DNA of 64,000 nucleotides from Balanoglossus misakiensis (GCA_040954595.2 CM082578.2:8789519-8853518), one strand, 5' to 3'; positions 1-15,200 are shown, counted from the stretch's first letter. Translations and numbers: made by a program. Notes: generated from the sequence alone by a model not told the origin.

Positions 1-64
1 ATTTATACATATTATAATGACTTGAGGCAAGCAAGATTTCGTTTTTTTTTTCTTCAGGTCCTCC

Positions 65-252
65 TTACGTGCAGACTAGCTCGAAGGGACTGCCTGGGAT
101 GTGGTCGTTGCCCCACTTGACGATCATGATGTAGTTGCCTTTCTCCTTCAAGACGTAGTTGATGACATAGCGGTTCCTCCCATTGTGTTTGACGATGATT
201 TCATCGCAGGGGGTCTTGGGACCAGCAATACCCACGGTCAACATGTTGTTGC
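65..252 (-). CDS. FLN: Filamin last coding exon, Ig24 (dimerisation repeat) C-part plus stop
   Basis: acag|GC AAC...; [23 protein letters not shown]...[17 protein letters not shown]. Confidence 0.95.
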
Positions 253-3200
253 CTGTAAACAGTAAAATCAATTGATTAAAGGGTGTGAAATATTTCAGAA
301 GAGCAGATCTTCAGGTCAGAATAACCAATACTGAAAACTGGTTATGATCGAGTATATTTATTGCTAGGTGGGGATCCCAATCCGTTTTCAAAGACCCTCG
401 AGGCTCTTTGTCATGATAGGAATGACTTCTGAAATTTGCGCTAAGTTTGCCATATCACATAACAGGGATACAAGGGATGTACAGAAACCAGTACCAACGT
501 CCAATAATACAATTGAAATTCATGTCGAATGTTAGAATATGATGGTCCTGTGGATAAACTGCCCCACTACAAGGCAAAAGGTCCGTGCAGATTGAAATAT
601 CCTAATTTTAGCTTAGTAGTTTTGCACTCTACACTGGTAATTTGTCGACAGCCTTTGCATGCATCGCCATTTGTCATTGGTTAACTTACCGGCATCGCTT
701 GCATTGACAGTGAACTGTGCCTTCCTGTTGATGAAGGCTTTCTTCAGTCCCATACCGGTGGATGACACTTTGCTGGCGTCGGAGACGAAAGTGGGCATGG
801 AGGCGTAGTTGGTGGTGGTCGTTGTCTTGGTGACCGTCTCAACAACCATCTGAGAACTCTCATGCACACCAGTAACACCAGCCTTGTTGGCTCCTGTTTG
901 TTACAAAAATATTAGAGTTATTACGCGTGTGTCTTCTTTGATTACTTTTCTCAGCACTACCTTTAGGAGTCTCTCATAAAACATTGGTCAAACGCAACTG
1001 TTTTAATTCTCCACACGGCAGTTGAGGTGATTTGGGATTAAACTGAAGTACGTCTGGCTTCACTGTGAAGATCTCATTGATGTGCCTCTTTGCACTGACA
1101 CATCTCAAGTTCAAAGAATCACGAATGACCTGGCTTTATCTTTGCCTTTCCTGCATTCGATAGTAACACATGTAGCATATGCCCCACTCCAACTGCAATA
1201 TGTTTATCATGCAACTCTGGACGAGCACTCGACTCAAAGATAGACAAGATGCAAGATCACCATCAGATCACCCTACCTGTCACTTTGACCTTGAACGGGC
1301 TGCCCACAATGTGGTGAGCGCCGGCGTACTTGATGGTGATGAAGTAGTCACCGGGAGCCATGGGGGTGTACATGCACTTGTATCCCTCGGGCACCTCCTC
1401 CACGTCCATTTTGACCTTAGAGGGTCCGTCAATAGTGATTGCCAAAGCCCCTGCACCAGCACCACAGGTATTCACAGTGAAGTGGGTCTTCTCACCTTTT
1501 GAAAGGGAACACATGCACAGAGTCAGTCAGTCAGTCTCACAATTAACCCTTTTCACCAGCATGGTTCAGTCCAAACCCATTGTTTTCTATGGTAAGGTTG
1601 GACCTCCAGAGAGGGAACTGGGGGTGATAGGGTTAAACCCAGACAAAGAGACTTCCAGAGAAGCATGCAGCCACAATGGACGAAAAAAGAAGCATAAGAC
1701 TGGACTTGGCTAATTTGGATTGCGATTGGATGTCAGGGTTGGGTTTAGGATGACTGCAGTAGGTACCGGTAATGTATTTCACATTGATTTTGCAATGGTA
1801 TTAACTCTGAATATGAGTCAGAAGTTGGTGCCCTTGGCAACACGGTGAAATTTGAGAAAACATACCACCGTGCCCTACACTTACCAGTACGACCAGATTC
1901 CAGGCCAGGACCACTGGCATGGACCATTCCCGGATCTCCATCGTAGCTGCCGACACGAACACGGAATGGACTTCCAGGGATGTGAGCACCCTTGAATCTA
2001 ACATGGATCATGTGGACGCCATTCTCCTTAGGCATGAACCTGACGGCGTAGTTTCCTGGAATGTCGAGAGAATCGGGATGAAACATCACTTTTTCTGGCA
2101 AAGCTACCTTGAATTTCAAACCTTGCATACAGATCCCCAATTTTTTGCACTTCTAGACTAATGATTTATTGTGTGTCTGTATACACAAATGAGTATACCA
2201 CATGTGGTGATCAGGACGATTTGAATTGGAAAACCAGTGGCACATCATGCTGAAACTGATGGCGCACTGTGCTTACACATCTTCAAAAAACACACTGATC
2301 GACCGCAGGCTCTCACCTTCACTTATTTCAGTAATGATGCAGTCATCCTCAGCTCCAGAGGGCGCCACCACTTTGGCGTCAATCAATCCCTGAGCACCGT
2401 TGAGCTGCACAGCGAATGACGCTGGCTGGTTGGGCTTCAGTCCAGTCTCTTGAAGGCTGGTGACGCTGAGTCTGCGGGCGTCGCCGATGGGCGGGGTCAC
2501 AAAGACCTTGTAGGGACTGTCTGGGATGTGCTCGTCATTGTACTTGATGCTGACCGTGTATTCACCTGTGTGTGATTGTGATTGGTTGAAATAGTTATTG
2601 ATTGACAGCACTGTTTTGAATATCCCTATGACTACACTTGCGCCATATACATACAAGTACATGTATGTGTGTGCAGCATTGCCTCCCCTCCTCCCCTTTC
2701 ATCAATGAAGAATGGTTCAACCCTGCTTTTCTCAGTGTTAAAGTTGGACTCGCTTATACAGGCAAACAGGGGTGAAAGTGTTCAGGAAGTTGTTTAACTT
2801 TATAGCCGAGTAAGTAAAGCCAATAAGTTCTAATGTGAACAGGAAAACAGCTCACTAACTTAAGGAACATGGTGTGAAATCATTTGGTGTGAAAAACTTT
2901 GATGCACTTAATTCCAATAGTGTTACCTGGTTCAGTTGGTTCGTAACAGACTTGGCAAGATCCATCTTTCTTGTCTTCGAAATCAATCTCGGCTTTGGCG
3001 GGGCCTTCCACAGAGATCGACAGGCTACCAGGTCCAGCTTCTCTTGTCCACACTGTAAATTCAGCTTTCTGGTTGACCTCGCCTCTCTCGAGACCAGGAC
3101 CTCCTGCGTGGACCTTGTGGGCACCTCCCTCGCCTAGTGGACCGACTGTGAACTGGAACGGGCTTCCTGTTGAGGCAAACAAAAATGAAAATGAAATTAT

Positions 3201-6200
3201 AGTTTTTTTACAAATTATAACACACAAATGAATATGGAATCGAGCTTGTATATCAAATCAGAATAGGTAGGTAGCAATTTTCCTGATAATGGCTCTGGCA
3301 TTAATGGAATGATGATGAGTAAGAAACCTTTCATTAACATGACTTTATCTGCGTAACACTGACACCATCAGGATCAGAATCAGAATCCAGTTATTACAAA
3401 AAATAAATCATCAACCAGAGAAATTTCAGATACAATGTACCTCGACTCGGTTGGACATCTAGCAACATATAATGGATGGGTTTATGAAGGAAGTATGGAA
3501 GTATTTCCACAAAATGAGAAAAAGCAAGCTGTGCTTACCTGCAACATGCAAGCCCTTGTGTTTGACACTGACTGTATGAACACCCATCATGGTGGGAACA
3601 AATCTGACTGTGTAAGTGTTGGCAGAGCCATCCAGAATTTCTGCATCTTCAGTCTTGCCTGCAGGGTTGGTTACCTGTGCAGTCATGTCTAATGGGTCAG
3701 TGTCTGGAAAATAGGAAAACACAAAGAAACAGTTAAAAAAACAGAAGTTGGCTTTTATGAATTAAACTGTTGCTTTGAATTTAAAAGTTGCTTTGAATAT
3801 AGACTAATCCATTGCAGTTGGTCAATAAAAATACAAAATATAACTGCAACTAATTATAAACAAAAATTTTGTTTGCTGAGGCAACTCATCTGTCGTGGTC
3901 CAATACAGAAGCTTTGGACTCTGTATATTTTTTGTGTTAAAATCTAGAGAGATTCCTCATGTATGGATATTCCACAATGTCAAGAAACGGCACTGTCATA
4001 GAAATAATATTAGTTCTGTTAGACAAGTACTGTGGAATAAATTGGTCTCTGGAAAATGCCTAATTGTTACATGCTCTTACTTGGTATTTTCAGACCCAAT
4101 TCGCATTCACTTCCAACATGAGATACAGCAGCAGCCTGTCTCTTGCGAGTGATTGTCTCCACAAATTTGCCCGATCCTTCTCCATGAACCTTGACCTTGA
4201 ATGGGCTTCCTGGAAACGAAAAGTACAATACATACATTTGAGATTTGGGCACGTTAGTTCATCATAACGAGGCGATATTAGTCATGCACTTGGCATTGAG
4301 ATCCATACGATGTATCCTACATGAGAAAATAGGTGCAAATATTTAAAATATTCAATACTGTTTGGTTGTTTTCTCATCGCTAGAAACATTTTATGACTGA
4401 GCCAACTGGGCATTCTAAAAATAAGTGTCATTGCCCTCTGTATGAACTTCAGACATCAGCAGTAATTTCAGTTAGTCAAATGTAGGGTATCACATTTTCT
4501 GAAGGGTCTCTTACCTCAGAGTAGAGACATTTGACATACATTATCTTCCATATCAAATGACAAATGAACAAATTTCTGGAAACACTGACCTGGTACATGC
4601 TGATCAGCATACTTGACATTGAGGATGTAGTTTCCAGGTTCAGTTGGGCGATAAGTGACTGTGCAGGTGCCGTCGCCGTTGTCTTCACAGTTGATGTCGG
4701 CTTTGCTGGGTCCTTCTATCGAGACGCCCAGACCGCCGTAACCTTGGAACGACAAAAATTGATGCGATTCATAATTGGGACACTGCAGACATGAACAAGG
4801 TGTTCTCCACTATCGCTTTGTGTTAACGGTGCACCTCCCATTTCCGAAGGAATTCACAGAATCCCACATTCCCCATATTTCAATCTGAACATCTCCCAAA
4901 CACTACAGAACCATACCAACATTTATTTCAAATCTGGATGTGTCCTACATGTATTTGTAAATCAGTGTGGCAAAGCTTTCTATTTACTTACTATAGGCTG
5001 CAATGCAGCTATATTTTTTGTTTTTTTGTGTGTTAAATTCTGCTTAGTGATTATGCCACCAATCTTAAACCTGCACTCACCAGCCTTTCTTGTGTCTACT
5101 AAGAACTCTGCAATTTCGCCAGCATCGGCTTCAGCAATGCCAAGTCCAGAAACCTTAACCTTGCTAGCATCACCGATCTCTTGAGGTCCCACGGTAACCT
5201 TAAAGGGACTGTGGGTAACGTGGCGGCCATGTTTCTTTACGCTTACAAGATGTTGACCAGTCTCCTTGGGGGTGAAAGAAATACCTAGAGGGGTGGATGA
5301 ATATGACAGGTTGGTGATCATTACAGAAAGACTATTATGATTTAGGTTTCATAGCGTAAGTTTTATTAATGTAGGAACAGGGCCAGTTGGTAAGATTTTC
5401 GTATTAATTTGAATGAATTTGTTATATCACTGTTAAAGGAACGAAATGACCCTTTTAGTAGTATTAAGATGGTTGTTATACCTGTGCAAATGTCAGATTT
5501 TCAAGCTGTCCTGATGGTATGTTTAGTTTAGAAATCTGACCATACAGTCAACACAAAAGTCAGTCATCGCCAAGCTTTTGTATTTGATTGAATCTCATTG
5601 TTGCAGCCTGCCCTCTACACGTCGCATATTGCACGACCACAAGCTGGAAGATACAGCTTCTAGGATTGGCTGTGATGAATGACAGCGCATCTTTTATAAG
5701 CCATGGGCAGAATGCACAGAAGCCACTTTTGTGCAAGCACAAGCATGTTTTCAAATTGCCCTGTACATGTATGGCTGCTTTCATTTTCTCTTCAAAATGA
5801 AGTACATAATTTCAAGATGTAAAGCCTCACCAATATTGCCATTGGGTAGACGTTTCAACTGACAAGGTTCCTCTTGAGTCGACGATGGGCTGCGGATGGT
5901 TGCAGTCAATTGGCTGAGGTCAGTCTCAGTGATCTTGAGAGGAACTTCACTGGCTTTGCCGATGGGAACATGCCTCATTGGACCATCTGAGGAGAGAGGG
6001 ATGTTTTTAATATAGGTGGCCTTAAATCTTAATCGCAGTTTTCCGGGATTTCATGAGGTTACACACGCTAAGTAAACCAACATGTCATTCTTGATACAAT
6101 GCAATGAATGCAGGTGGCAACATTTTAAAGGTATAACTCCAGACCCCTGCACTTAAAATTTACTGCAAGCTCTCACTGTTGCTTACCTGTGATTTTAGCA

Positions 6201-9200
6201 TTGAATGGACTTCCGGGGACATGCTTGTCGGCAAACTTGACAATGACAGAGTAGTCGCCGGGTTTGGTTGGGTAGTAGGAGACACTGCAGGTGCCGTCTT
6301 TGTTATCTACACATTTGATTTCAGCTTTGGATGGGCCTTCTACAGCCAATGCTAAACCACCTGAAAATATAAAAACATACAACACATTTGACTGGGTGTT
6401 ACAATTAGTGTACATAGTGTATTGACAATCTGAATCTCAGCGGGTCAGCTTCCATCTTTATGGTTAGCATCCTTCAATTACTTGAAGATGTCCATATACA
6501 TTTGTGTAATGATCACAATCACAGGTGTATTTAAATCATCACAACATTTTCTTTGGATCATGCAGCAGACTGCTAGGACTTGCCACTCAGAGATGTTCAT
6601 ATATTGAGAGCGCCCCCAAAGCAGTGAATCTTTCAGTCTAATAAAAACAAGAGATTTCTTTTTTCTGTGTTGCACTTACCAGCGCCAGCATCTTTAGTGT
6701 TGATGGTAAAGTTGCAGGGCTCACAGACCATGCCATGGGTAAGACCGGGACCATAGGCATTCACCTGGCCACTCTTTAATTCTACTACGTGGAACTCAAA
6801 TGGACTACCTGCAGAGACAATGAACAAGAGCAGAGGTCGGAGGTCAGATGATGTGACTTGTACAAAGGATTGCAATTATTAATCAATGTGATTAAACTTA
6901 TCAATCTGATCACTAACTAACAACAACTTTCTAAGCAGTTTTTTAAAGGGATGTGAAATTGCTACCCTTTACTGTCTTTGTTTATAAGCTAATTGAAACA
7001 GGCTGAATCATCATATTAAACAACTAACTCCCACAGTTGGACCTCAATAGAGGGAACTGGGGGTGAAAGGGTTCAAACGTGTGTGCGTCCCTGATGCCAT
7101 CTGCACTCACCTGGAACATCTTTGTCATTGTATTTAATGTAGAGTATGTGGAGTCCCTTTTCTGTTGGTGAATATTTGACTTTGATTGTACCATCTTTGT
7201 TTTCTGTAATGTGGGGTTTGTGCTTCTGTCCTGACGGAGTTCGTACTTCACCTGAAAGTCGATAAAAAATAAAATATGTTTAGTGTTTTGTTCAATGTGT
7301 TTTTTCTGACTAGACATTTACCAGAAATATTACCAATGGTATTTTTAGCTGTGCCAGATGACAGGTTATACATGTACGTCTCTCGCATGTTGACGGGTTG
7401 CCGATAACATTAAGTCATTCCGGCCATCAAAAGTTGGCCTTTCCAGGGAATGGGTCAAGAAAGGCAAAGCCTTAAAACTGAGAGTTTCCAGTGAGTTTAA
7501 AAGGGAGGCTTATTTAAAGGGGCATATTTTAACAGTGGTGACATTCTTCTTCCGACTTTGAGTCTCTGTCTGCTGGATTTATGGCCGTGTCTGCGTTACT
7601 CTGCGCATTTCTACAGACTGCAAACCATGGACCAAAGAAGCAGTGGTGTGCATGCAACTCTACTCAGATCCTGTCTAGACTTTCTTCAAGTCATAAAATA
7701 TGCGTACTAACACCATCACAGAGATGTGTCGTCTGGGATTAATACCTTTTTGGTACACTGCCCAAGGAGAATTTATGAAGATCGCGGACAAAGTTCAATA
7801 GTCTCTGAAAATAGCAACACCACTTTGACCCCCCGGGGGCGAATGTGATATTGGTTGGTAAAACAATTCCTCCACACTTGAACTAAATATAGACGCTGCC
7901 ACTGCTGAGAGTTTGTTATGGTTCGTGGAACATCAAGCATGCACGCTGCAAAATCTGACACGCGTTATGAAATTTGTACGAAATTTATGTGTAGCTGCAG
8001 ATGACCCACAAAAATCAAAGACATCCGTCAGCTGAATAAAAGTGTGAAATGTTAAAGTGCGCCCTCAGTTGACGCTTACGGGTGTCCCCCATATGATGAA
8101 GTGGTTTCACGCCATGCCCAGTCTCTGAACACTCTTTGCAACCTGACATTTAGAAGAAAGAATTTGACAGATCGCTAGACAGCATTACATCTGTCCGCAC
8201 AGTCACAGTCATAAACAACCTATTGAAATATGCTTTCAAATTTCAGGTATGCTGACTCTCAAAATATACCATATTAATTACGCAGAATATTTGGGATTCC
8301 TGAAGTTCCACTTTGATAAAGGTAACTGATCCAAAAATATGCACCGACAATAGGAAAAACTGCAGCATGTTTGTGCTAGCGGATACCAACACAAGACATC
8401 CACGTATTTTGTTCAGACTACACTGTATGCCTTTCACCAAATACATCTAGATCTTCTGTGTAAGTCATTTTCTATGTCTGCTTTTTTATGTTTATGAAAG
8501 CCCTGAATGTCATGAATCATACTTTTGTTCATAAAATCATGTTTTGGGTTTCTGTTTATATCATCGATGCAGGGAGTGGGGACCAGTGTCTTGGGTTTTT
8601 ATTTCATTTTGCAGGCTGGGTTCCTGTCACCCCAAGACGATGGCAAAAGCAAGTAATATAGTACCGCTTTTACTTTTCATAAATACAAAACTATATCCTT
8701 TGTGAAAGACCATGTGAACTAAACACAGAACATTCATTTGGATTTGGTGGCATGCTTGTTCAGTCTCTTGAAAGTACATGTATTCATATGTAAGAAGACA
8801 GTTAGTCTAGAATCCAGACTTGTGGGTTTTTTTTCACTATGCTGGAGCATAGACTAGGACATGGTTTAACTCACCAGTTATCTTGCCTGTACCAGCACCT
8901 GTGACTGGAATAACTAGATCGAATGGTCTCATATCCTGTGACATGCTGTCGATATCTGTGCGAGGAGGACCCTCTTCAGCCTACAGACGAAAAGAGAACA
9001 TGAAATTTTTAAAATCTCATCACATTTTTTGTCGTATCTGAAACCACATAGGATGCAACGTATTCTTACATGTCTCTAGCAAGCTAATAATATTTTGACA
9101 CAGCATTCTTGTTGGGTAAATCCCAATCATGATTTTTCGATTGAATGCTCTACACACTGCAAAGTGCACATCAAACTGAAAATAAATTCCATCTCTGTCA

Positions 9201-12200
9201 ACATACACTGAGAGTGTTTCATCACCTTCAGCCACTCACAAATTATCTCCTAAGCACTTCAGGAAAATCGTCCTCCCAGAATACCCTGGGCGAGTCGTAA
9301 AGAAGCTAAATTTGCAACGCTGACATACACATTCTGTCACTTGACGCCGGGCGACTATTAATCACGAACGTAATACAGACAGACTACTCGAGACCACCAT
9401 CCTACAGACAACACTCTCTCAGCTCAACACAAGCACACTGCAAACCACCATGATTACATCATACACATTAACATTCATATTCCAGTTTCTGACAATATCT
9501 GGAAATCAAAGACCGAGACAGACACAGACAGACAGACAGACAAACATCAACAGTACACTGAGACACAAACACACACAGACGACAGTGGAAGATGGCACGT
9601 ATAACTTTCATGTTTAGTAGAATAAAAGAGATATATGTAGCACAGGTCAAAAGTACAGTTCAAAGAAAGGTACGCGTATTTGAGCAAAGGTTCATTCCAT
9701 TTAATGGGGGTGTTTTTTGACATCTTTCAATACCATACGATATTTCACTATGAAATGACTGTTTCACTGTACCCTGAATTGTTTAAAATATTGGAAGAAA
9801 TAAAAGACGCCTGTAGACCAGTTATGTGGTAGTGTGTGAGAAAGAACCAATGTGTAACTCTTGAATTATATTGCTCTGTAATGTTGGCTTTTTTTTTATG
9901 TACTGTTCCATAATTAACATTCACCGACTCATATAGTCATAGTATCATGCAGACAGTTGTGACACCCATGTAATTACAATGCCACAGACAAGAATGGGCA
10001 ATCAACAAGAGATAACTATGTGGTGCACACAGCCAGGTGGCGGATGAACGAGATGAGCTCATGCAGAAAAAATGTTGATAAAAGAAAACAGAAGGGCAGT
10101 TTGTGTGAGAGAGCCAGGTTTACAGTCAGACAATTTGTCAGCAAACACTTCAGTGGGGGTATTCAACTTTCAAACTGGGCCAATTTCATTCATAGACTGG
10201 GGCTGACTTCTGTTGAATGTACGGTTAGTACATGTATTACATTCCGGTGTACTGCAAGCCCATCAAATCTGCCCTGCATCTCAACCTAATGTTACAAGGA
10301 GTTCAACCGACCCCTCACGTCGGCAAGTTCACAGATGAAACCTGCCGAGGAATGTTGGCTATTTTCCGTGACATTTTCCTTTTGAACTCTGCGTGATTGT
10401 GAATCCGTAAAGTTACGCTTTAAGTCCGGTCATTTTCGCGAAATTAAATTTTTTATCAAGTAATAAACACAACTATGCGACGGTTTAACTTGGCATATAA
10501 ACTTCAGAGAGGCGGAGAGATACACTGGATGAACGAATGCACAGAGATAGGCAAAGATAAATTGCCATGGTGATAAGGACAGACTGGCAAACAGATGGTG
10601 GGACTATTCTGTGGGGTTCCTCTGAAGACTGACTTTAACATCTCTAGTAAGTGAAACAAGAATGTGTGCAGATGGATTTAGCGAAAAATTCACAAATAGA
10701 TCCTAAAATTATATCTACATTGGGTGCTGTCTGAATGTCATTTGGAAGATGTTTTCACAGTGAAGGAGATGAATGCAAGAATGATCAGTCACATTATGAT
10801 TTCAGAAAGTCTCATCTTAGGTACACCGAGAAGCTGTTCTGCTAGTGTGACTTTGTTGGATGAGGTCCGCAATGTATGTTGGCATCAACTCACGCAGTGC
10901 TTTATATATAAGTGACCAGTGGGATTTCAAATTGGATTCTGAAAGTGACTGGAGGTCAGTGCAGCTGTTGGGACAATAGGTGCGATTTGATCAAACTTCT
11001 TGACAGGGTCAGCCAGAGTCAAGATCATTTTGCACGGTATGAGAGTTACACCCCCTGGCAAGAGGTACACCCCCTGGCCACCTGGCTGACTTTTAAATGA
11101 CCTCAGCTTCTGGGTCCAACAAAAACCTGCAGATAAACATTCACCGATTCAGGCTCCCAGTTTCCAGCCCAAAAGTGCAGATTCCTTGATATATTGCAAA
11201 TAACAGTACAGATGCCTTTTTTTGCTTGACTTTTATTTGCTCGAGAGGCTATAACCAAATAGTGCCTGGTCCGGTGTCTGAGCAACACCACTGCAGTTAT
11301 GCCGTGACATCGAATGACCTCTGCTGTCCAGGGAACCGAAACTCTTTTTACACACCTAATTACCGCATATCCTTAGAGGCATAAACAAACAAGTGATTAC
11401 GACCAGATTTTTTTTACCAGATAATACAAAACCTCCACTAGCTAGCCCTACTCCGGTATTGTTATCTTTGGCTTCAATCACAGTGTGAAAATGTAATTAG
11501 TGACAATTAAGATGAGGTCACATGGCACTGTAAGATGAAACTCCCAAAATTGCCTTGAGGAGAACGCACCCAAAATGAACTGAGGATCAGATGGAAGTCT
11601 GGACAACTTTGCAGCTTCGAGAGAAGAAGCAAATCCAGACAGGACAGACGATGCCGGAGACATCGCATAACCGATCGGTTTCACAGTTACATAAGCTGTA
11701 AGTCTGTAGCTCCCTGCAGAGGGCAAAACTTTCATAAGTGAAATTTGATTCTGTTCGACGCATGAACCTAATCCTGTGGAAATGCCTATTCTAATGGCAC
11801 TGCTATGCCGGTAACGAGATTTCTGACTGGAAATTGGAAACAAGCCCAGCCCCACATGAATATACTAGTCTAGACATACCCGAGTATAAGGTGCAGTTTA
11901 TGTCTTACATTTTCTTCTCTCAACAGCTTGGAGACCACACAAAAATCTGCTCCGTGATGCAAGGAACCGTCCTCGGTGATTACACAGAGGGCATTTTTCA
12001 TCCAGGCCCCCTTATCAAAGTTACCAAAACAACAAATTGATTGATCATCATGATTAATTTAATGATGAAATTCCAATCTCCCGATGGATGCCCCAAAAAG
12101 GATATTTTTCCAGGGTATAGCCCTCCTGAGGAGTTTACGGACAGCCAACTGTGATTTCTGTGCCACAAGGTTGCCGCGGGGTACGAACTGGCAAAGAAAT

Positions 12201-15200
12201 TCATCAGGGCAGAGGACAAAACCTAGGTTGCCATAAAAATATAATTCGGTACAACTTTGGTTAAATGAAGCCTGTTGTCTCCCTTTAGTCTTAATATTTC
12301 ATGATGCCCAAGACTTTTTTCATCACTTCCGACTGCAATCAACTTCTTCAACAAAGACAGGATTTCGCATAAAGTCATGACAAGCCTTTATCACAGGTCT
12401 GATGCGGTGTTTGAAGGGTTGAGAATGCCCTATGCAACACAAAGCCTGAAAGAATTCCAAGTATGGAGAAAACGCTGCTCGCTCTAACCAAACTATGTGC
12501 AGACACGGCCTATGAGTAATACACTAGTCACGAAGCAGTGCACGTACATGTACATGTTATAAGGGAGTGATTCCCCTCTGGATAAAGACATTAATAGCTA
12601 AATTGGAAAATAAAATAAAACCGCATATTATTGAATATACATTTACTGGTACTCATAAATTACACTGATGTCAATTCTTACAGAGATCAGTGCAACTGTG
12701 ATTTCTTCACTGCAGACAATAGACATTATACTGATTTTTACCATGATCATTTTTATATGATGGTTTAAAAAAAACCTGATAAAGCTTCTTGCCAACAACA
12801 AGCTGATCTTAACATGCAACTCCTAGTACAGTGATTAGCACTATAGAACTTGTCCAGTACACATTTTTCAACAAGTGTATCTGGAGAAACATTTTTTCTT
12901 GAGTAGACATTATGAGAGTGGACACTGCTTTGACAGGACATTCCCAGTCCCCCAAAAGCTGCTAACCTGACCCCATTCCTGTACTGAGCACACACACAGA
13001 CTTGTGATTGTAAAAGACAGACACTGTTTGGCATCACATACCACAACTGTGTCAACAAACGCAACTTTTGGCCGAGAATTCAACAGATACCAGCATTATT
13101 GATGCTACGGACAGTGCATGTGTGATGGCGGAACCGCTTCCTGTGATTGGCAATTTTGTATTCTCTCTGTGATCTCCGAATGTTGACATTTCTTCCAAAA
13201 GGAATTTTTGGTGGACTGGTTCGGGTCATCAACACGCTGTTTACTGCAAAGGTTTCTAAATTTGGGTCTTGTTTGCTAGATGGGACAGACTCTCTACATG
13301 ATTTCTTAAAATGTAACTATGATTCTTACTAGGTATCATATCAGCACATAAACATTTTTGCAGCCTGGCAAGTCTGTCTTTAAAATGTCTGTCTTTAAAA
13401 TGAATACTGAGAGTGGTTAGTTCACAGGACAAGTCTGAGTTACACACACATTTATAGCTGTAAATGTCATTGTAAAAGATAGCAGACAAACTTGTCATGA
13501 CTTGGTCACGACAGAAAACAAAGTAAATCCCCTTTCTTTCATATTAGACTCTCAGAGGTCAAAGTGTAGGCTGAAATATTTTCAGGGAAACCTGGTATTT
13601 GACGAGCTACAGATATACTCCAGAAATAACTACAGCAACTATTGCTTCCTGTCTGTTTATTATCAAGTCCTATTATAAAGTAATCTATATACATATATCA
13701 ATTACCCTGGCATCACATTGGACATAATTGACATCTGCATGGCTCCATTTCACACTTTCCAAATAATGATAGACAGGTTGCAGGGATTTATAGCTGTGTT
13801 AAGTGCTAACCCTCTCACCCCTATTATGCTCCAAATGGATTCACCCACTTCAATGAAATTAGTTGGGCCTTACCACCTGGTGGTGATGAAGGAATTAGAA
13901 TTGGCCAACAAACAACCTTTCGTTCCTTCATTTATTCATTCCATCATGGTCTGGAAACCAATGCATAGGTATCTGTATGTGTGGGATTGGGTCTGTGACT
14001 GTCTGGGTGTGTCATAGTCTCCATCACACTGTGTGGCATCAAGATAATCCATCATCTCTAGAGAAATGGACGTCTATTTTTGTTGTCTTAACTTATTGAT
14101 GAGAGGCATTTTCTACGTACGTGTACAGCCTGTGGCAAATGACCAAAATGTTGCATTATTTAGAAATTGTTAAAGCCATAGCAGCCATGAATCTTCCCTC
14201 AATTTACAGTCAGTGACGACACTTTAAAATTTACAGATGGCAATTTTGATGAAGTGATCGTTGTGCAATGCACGTCTGATTACAAGAACTGAGTGGAAAG
14301 ATAAATAAGAACCGACAGCCGGCTGATAGGAGTTGCTGAAATCCTGACAGTCTAAATTGAAACGTTCAAATTCTTAACGGTGTCCTGGGGCCTGCGAGGT
14401 GAATGAATTCACTATTTATATACTCTGCCGCTTTCCCATGAACTGAAGCTTGTGTCTTATTTATCTTTAGAAGTCAGGCAGCTTTACGCCAGATGATTGA
14501 CTAGCCGCGAGGTTCTAACCTCTGGATAACGGTTTCACCATATAAGGAAGGGCGGCACATTGCTCCCTCTAATCTGGACGACTGAAATCAAAGCTCGGCC
14601 TGGCCAGCTCCATTTTCACTCAAGCTTCTCCCGGCGGAATCGGTTTCGTATGATTACGTGAGACGCGGGGCTGACATCTGCGTTCAAACCCTCATCTGCC
14701 AAATGCAGCTTGTTGTACGTGTCACATACATTACGGTAACATCTTGGGAATTTAAACTGAATTGTTACAATTAAGCCTCGCTGGCAAGAAGCGCCTGGTA
14801 GATAATTACTCACTTGTCACTCGACGCGTTTAAACAGACACTCACTTACAAAATCTGAGAACGACAATTACGGTATTTTGGCCCATATATGTTTTTTTTT
14901 GTTTTCAGGGAACACCCTGGTGGCTGTTTTGACATCCACACCGTGTTAATCAGGAATACTGAACACAAGAATGCAGAAAATGGAGGCGAACTTTGACCTC
15001 TGTGGAGACTGATCACCCCTGCATAACTTGCAGCCTGTATATACATGTACCTGAAAATCTTGACATTCTCCAAACCTCCTCCATAAACACAAAAAAAAAA
15101 TCTGCTAATCACAGCACAGATTCTGAGCTCTATAATTTCATTGAACGAGTCTGTGACACAAAAAGCAGTCCCATGATAGTATAAGCACACAAAAGATCCC

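Noticed and set aside
2450-2452. Equivalent of the vertebrate FLNA/FLNB Q/R A-to-I editing site (SLQE in Ig22)
   Set aside because: The Gln codon is CAA in mid-exon. The adjacent intron that forms the editing duplex in vertebrates is absent, and I saw no complementary sequence.
9475-9498. Possible phase-0 terminal exon ILSETGI*
   Set aside because: Its apparent pyrimidine tract is largely a (TCTG)n microsatellite and nothing else supports it.
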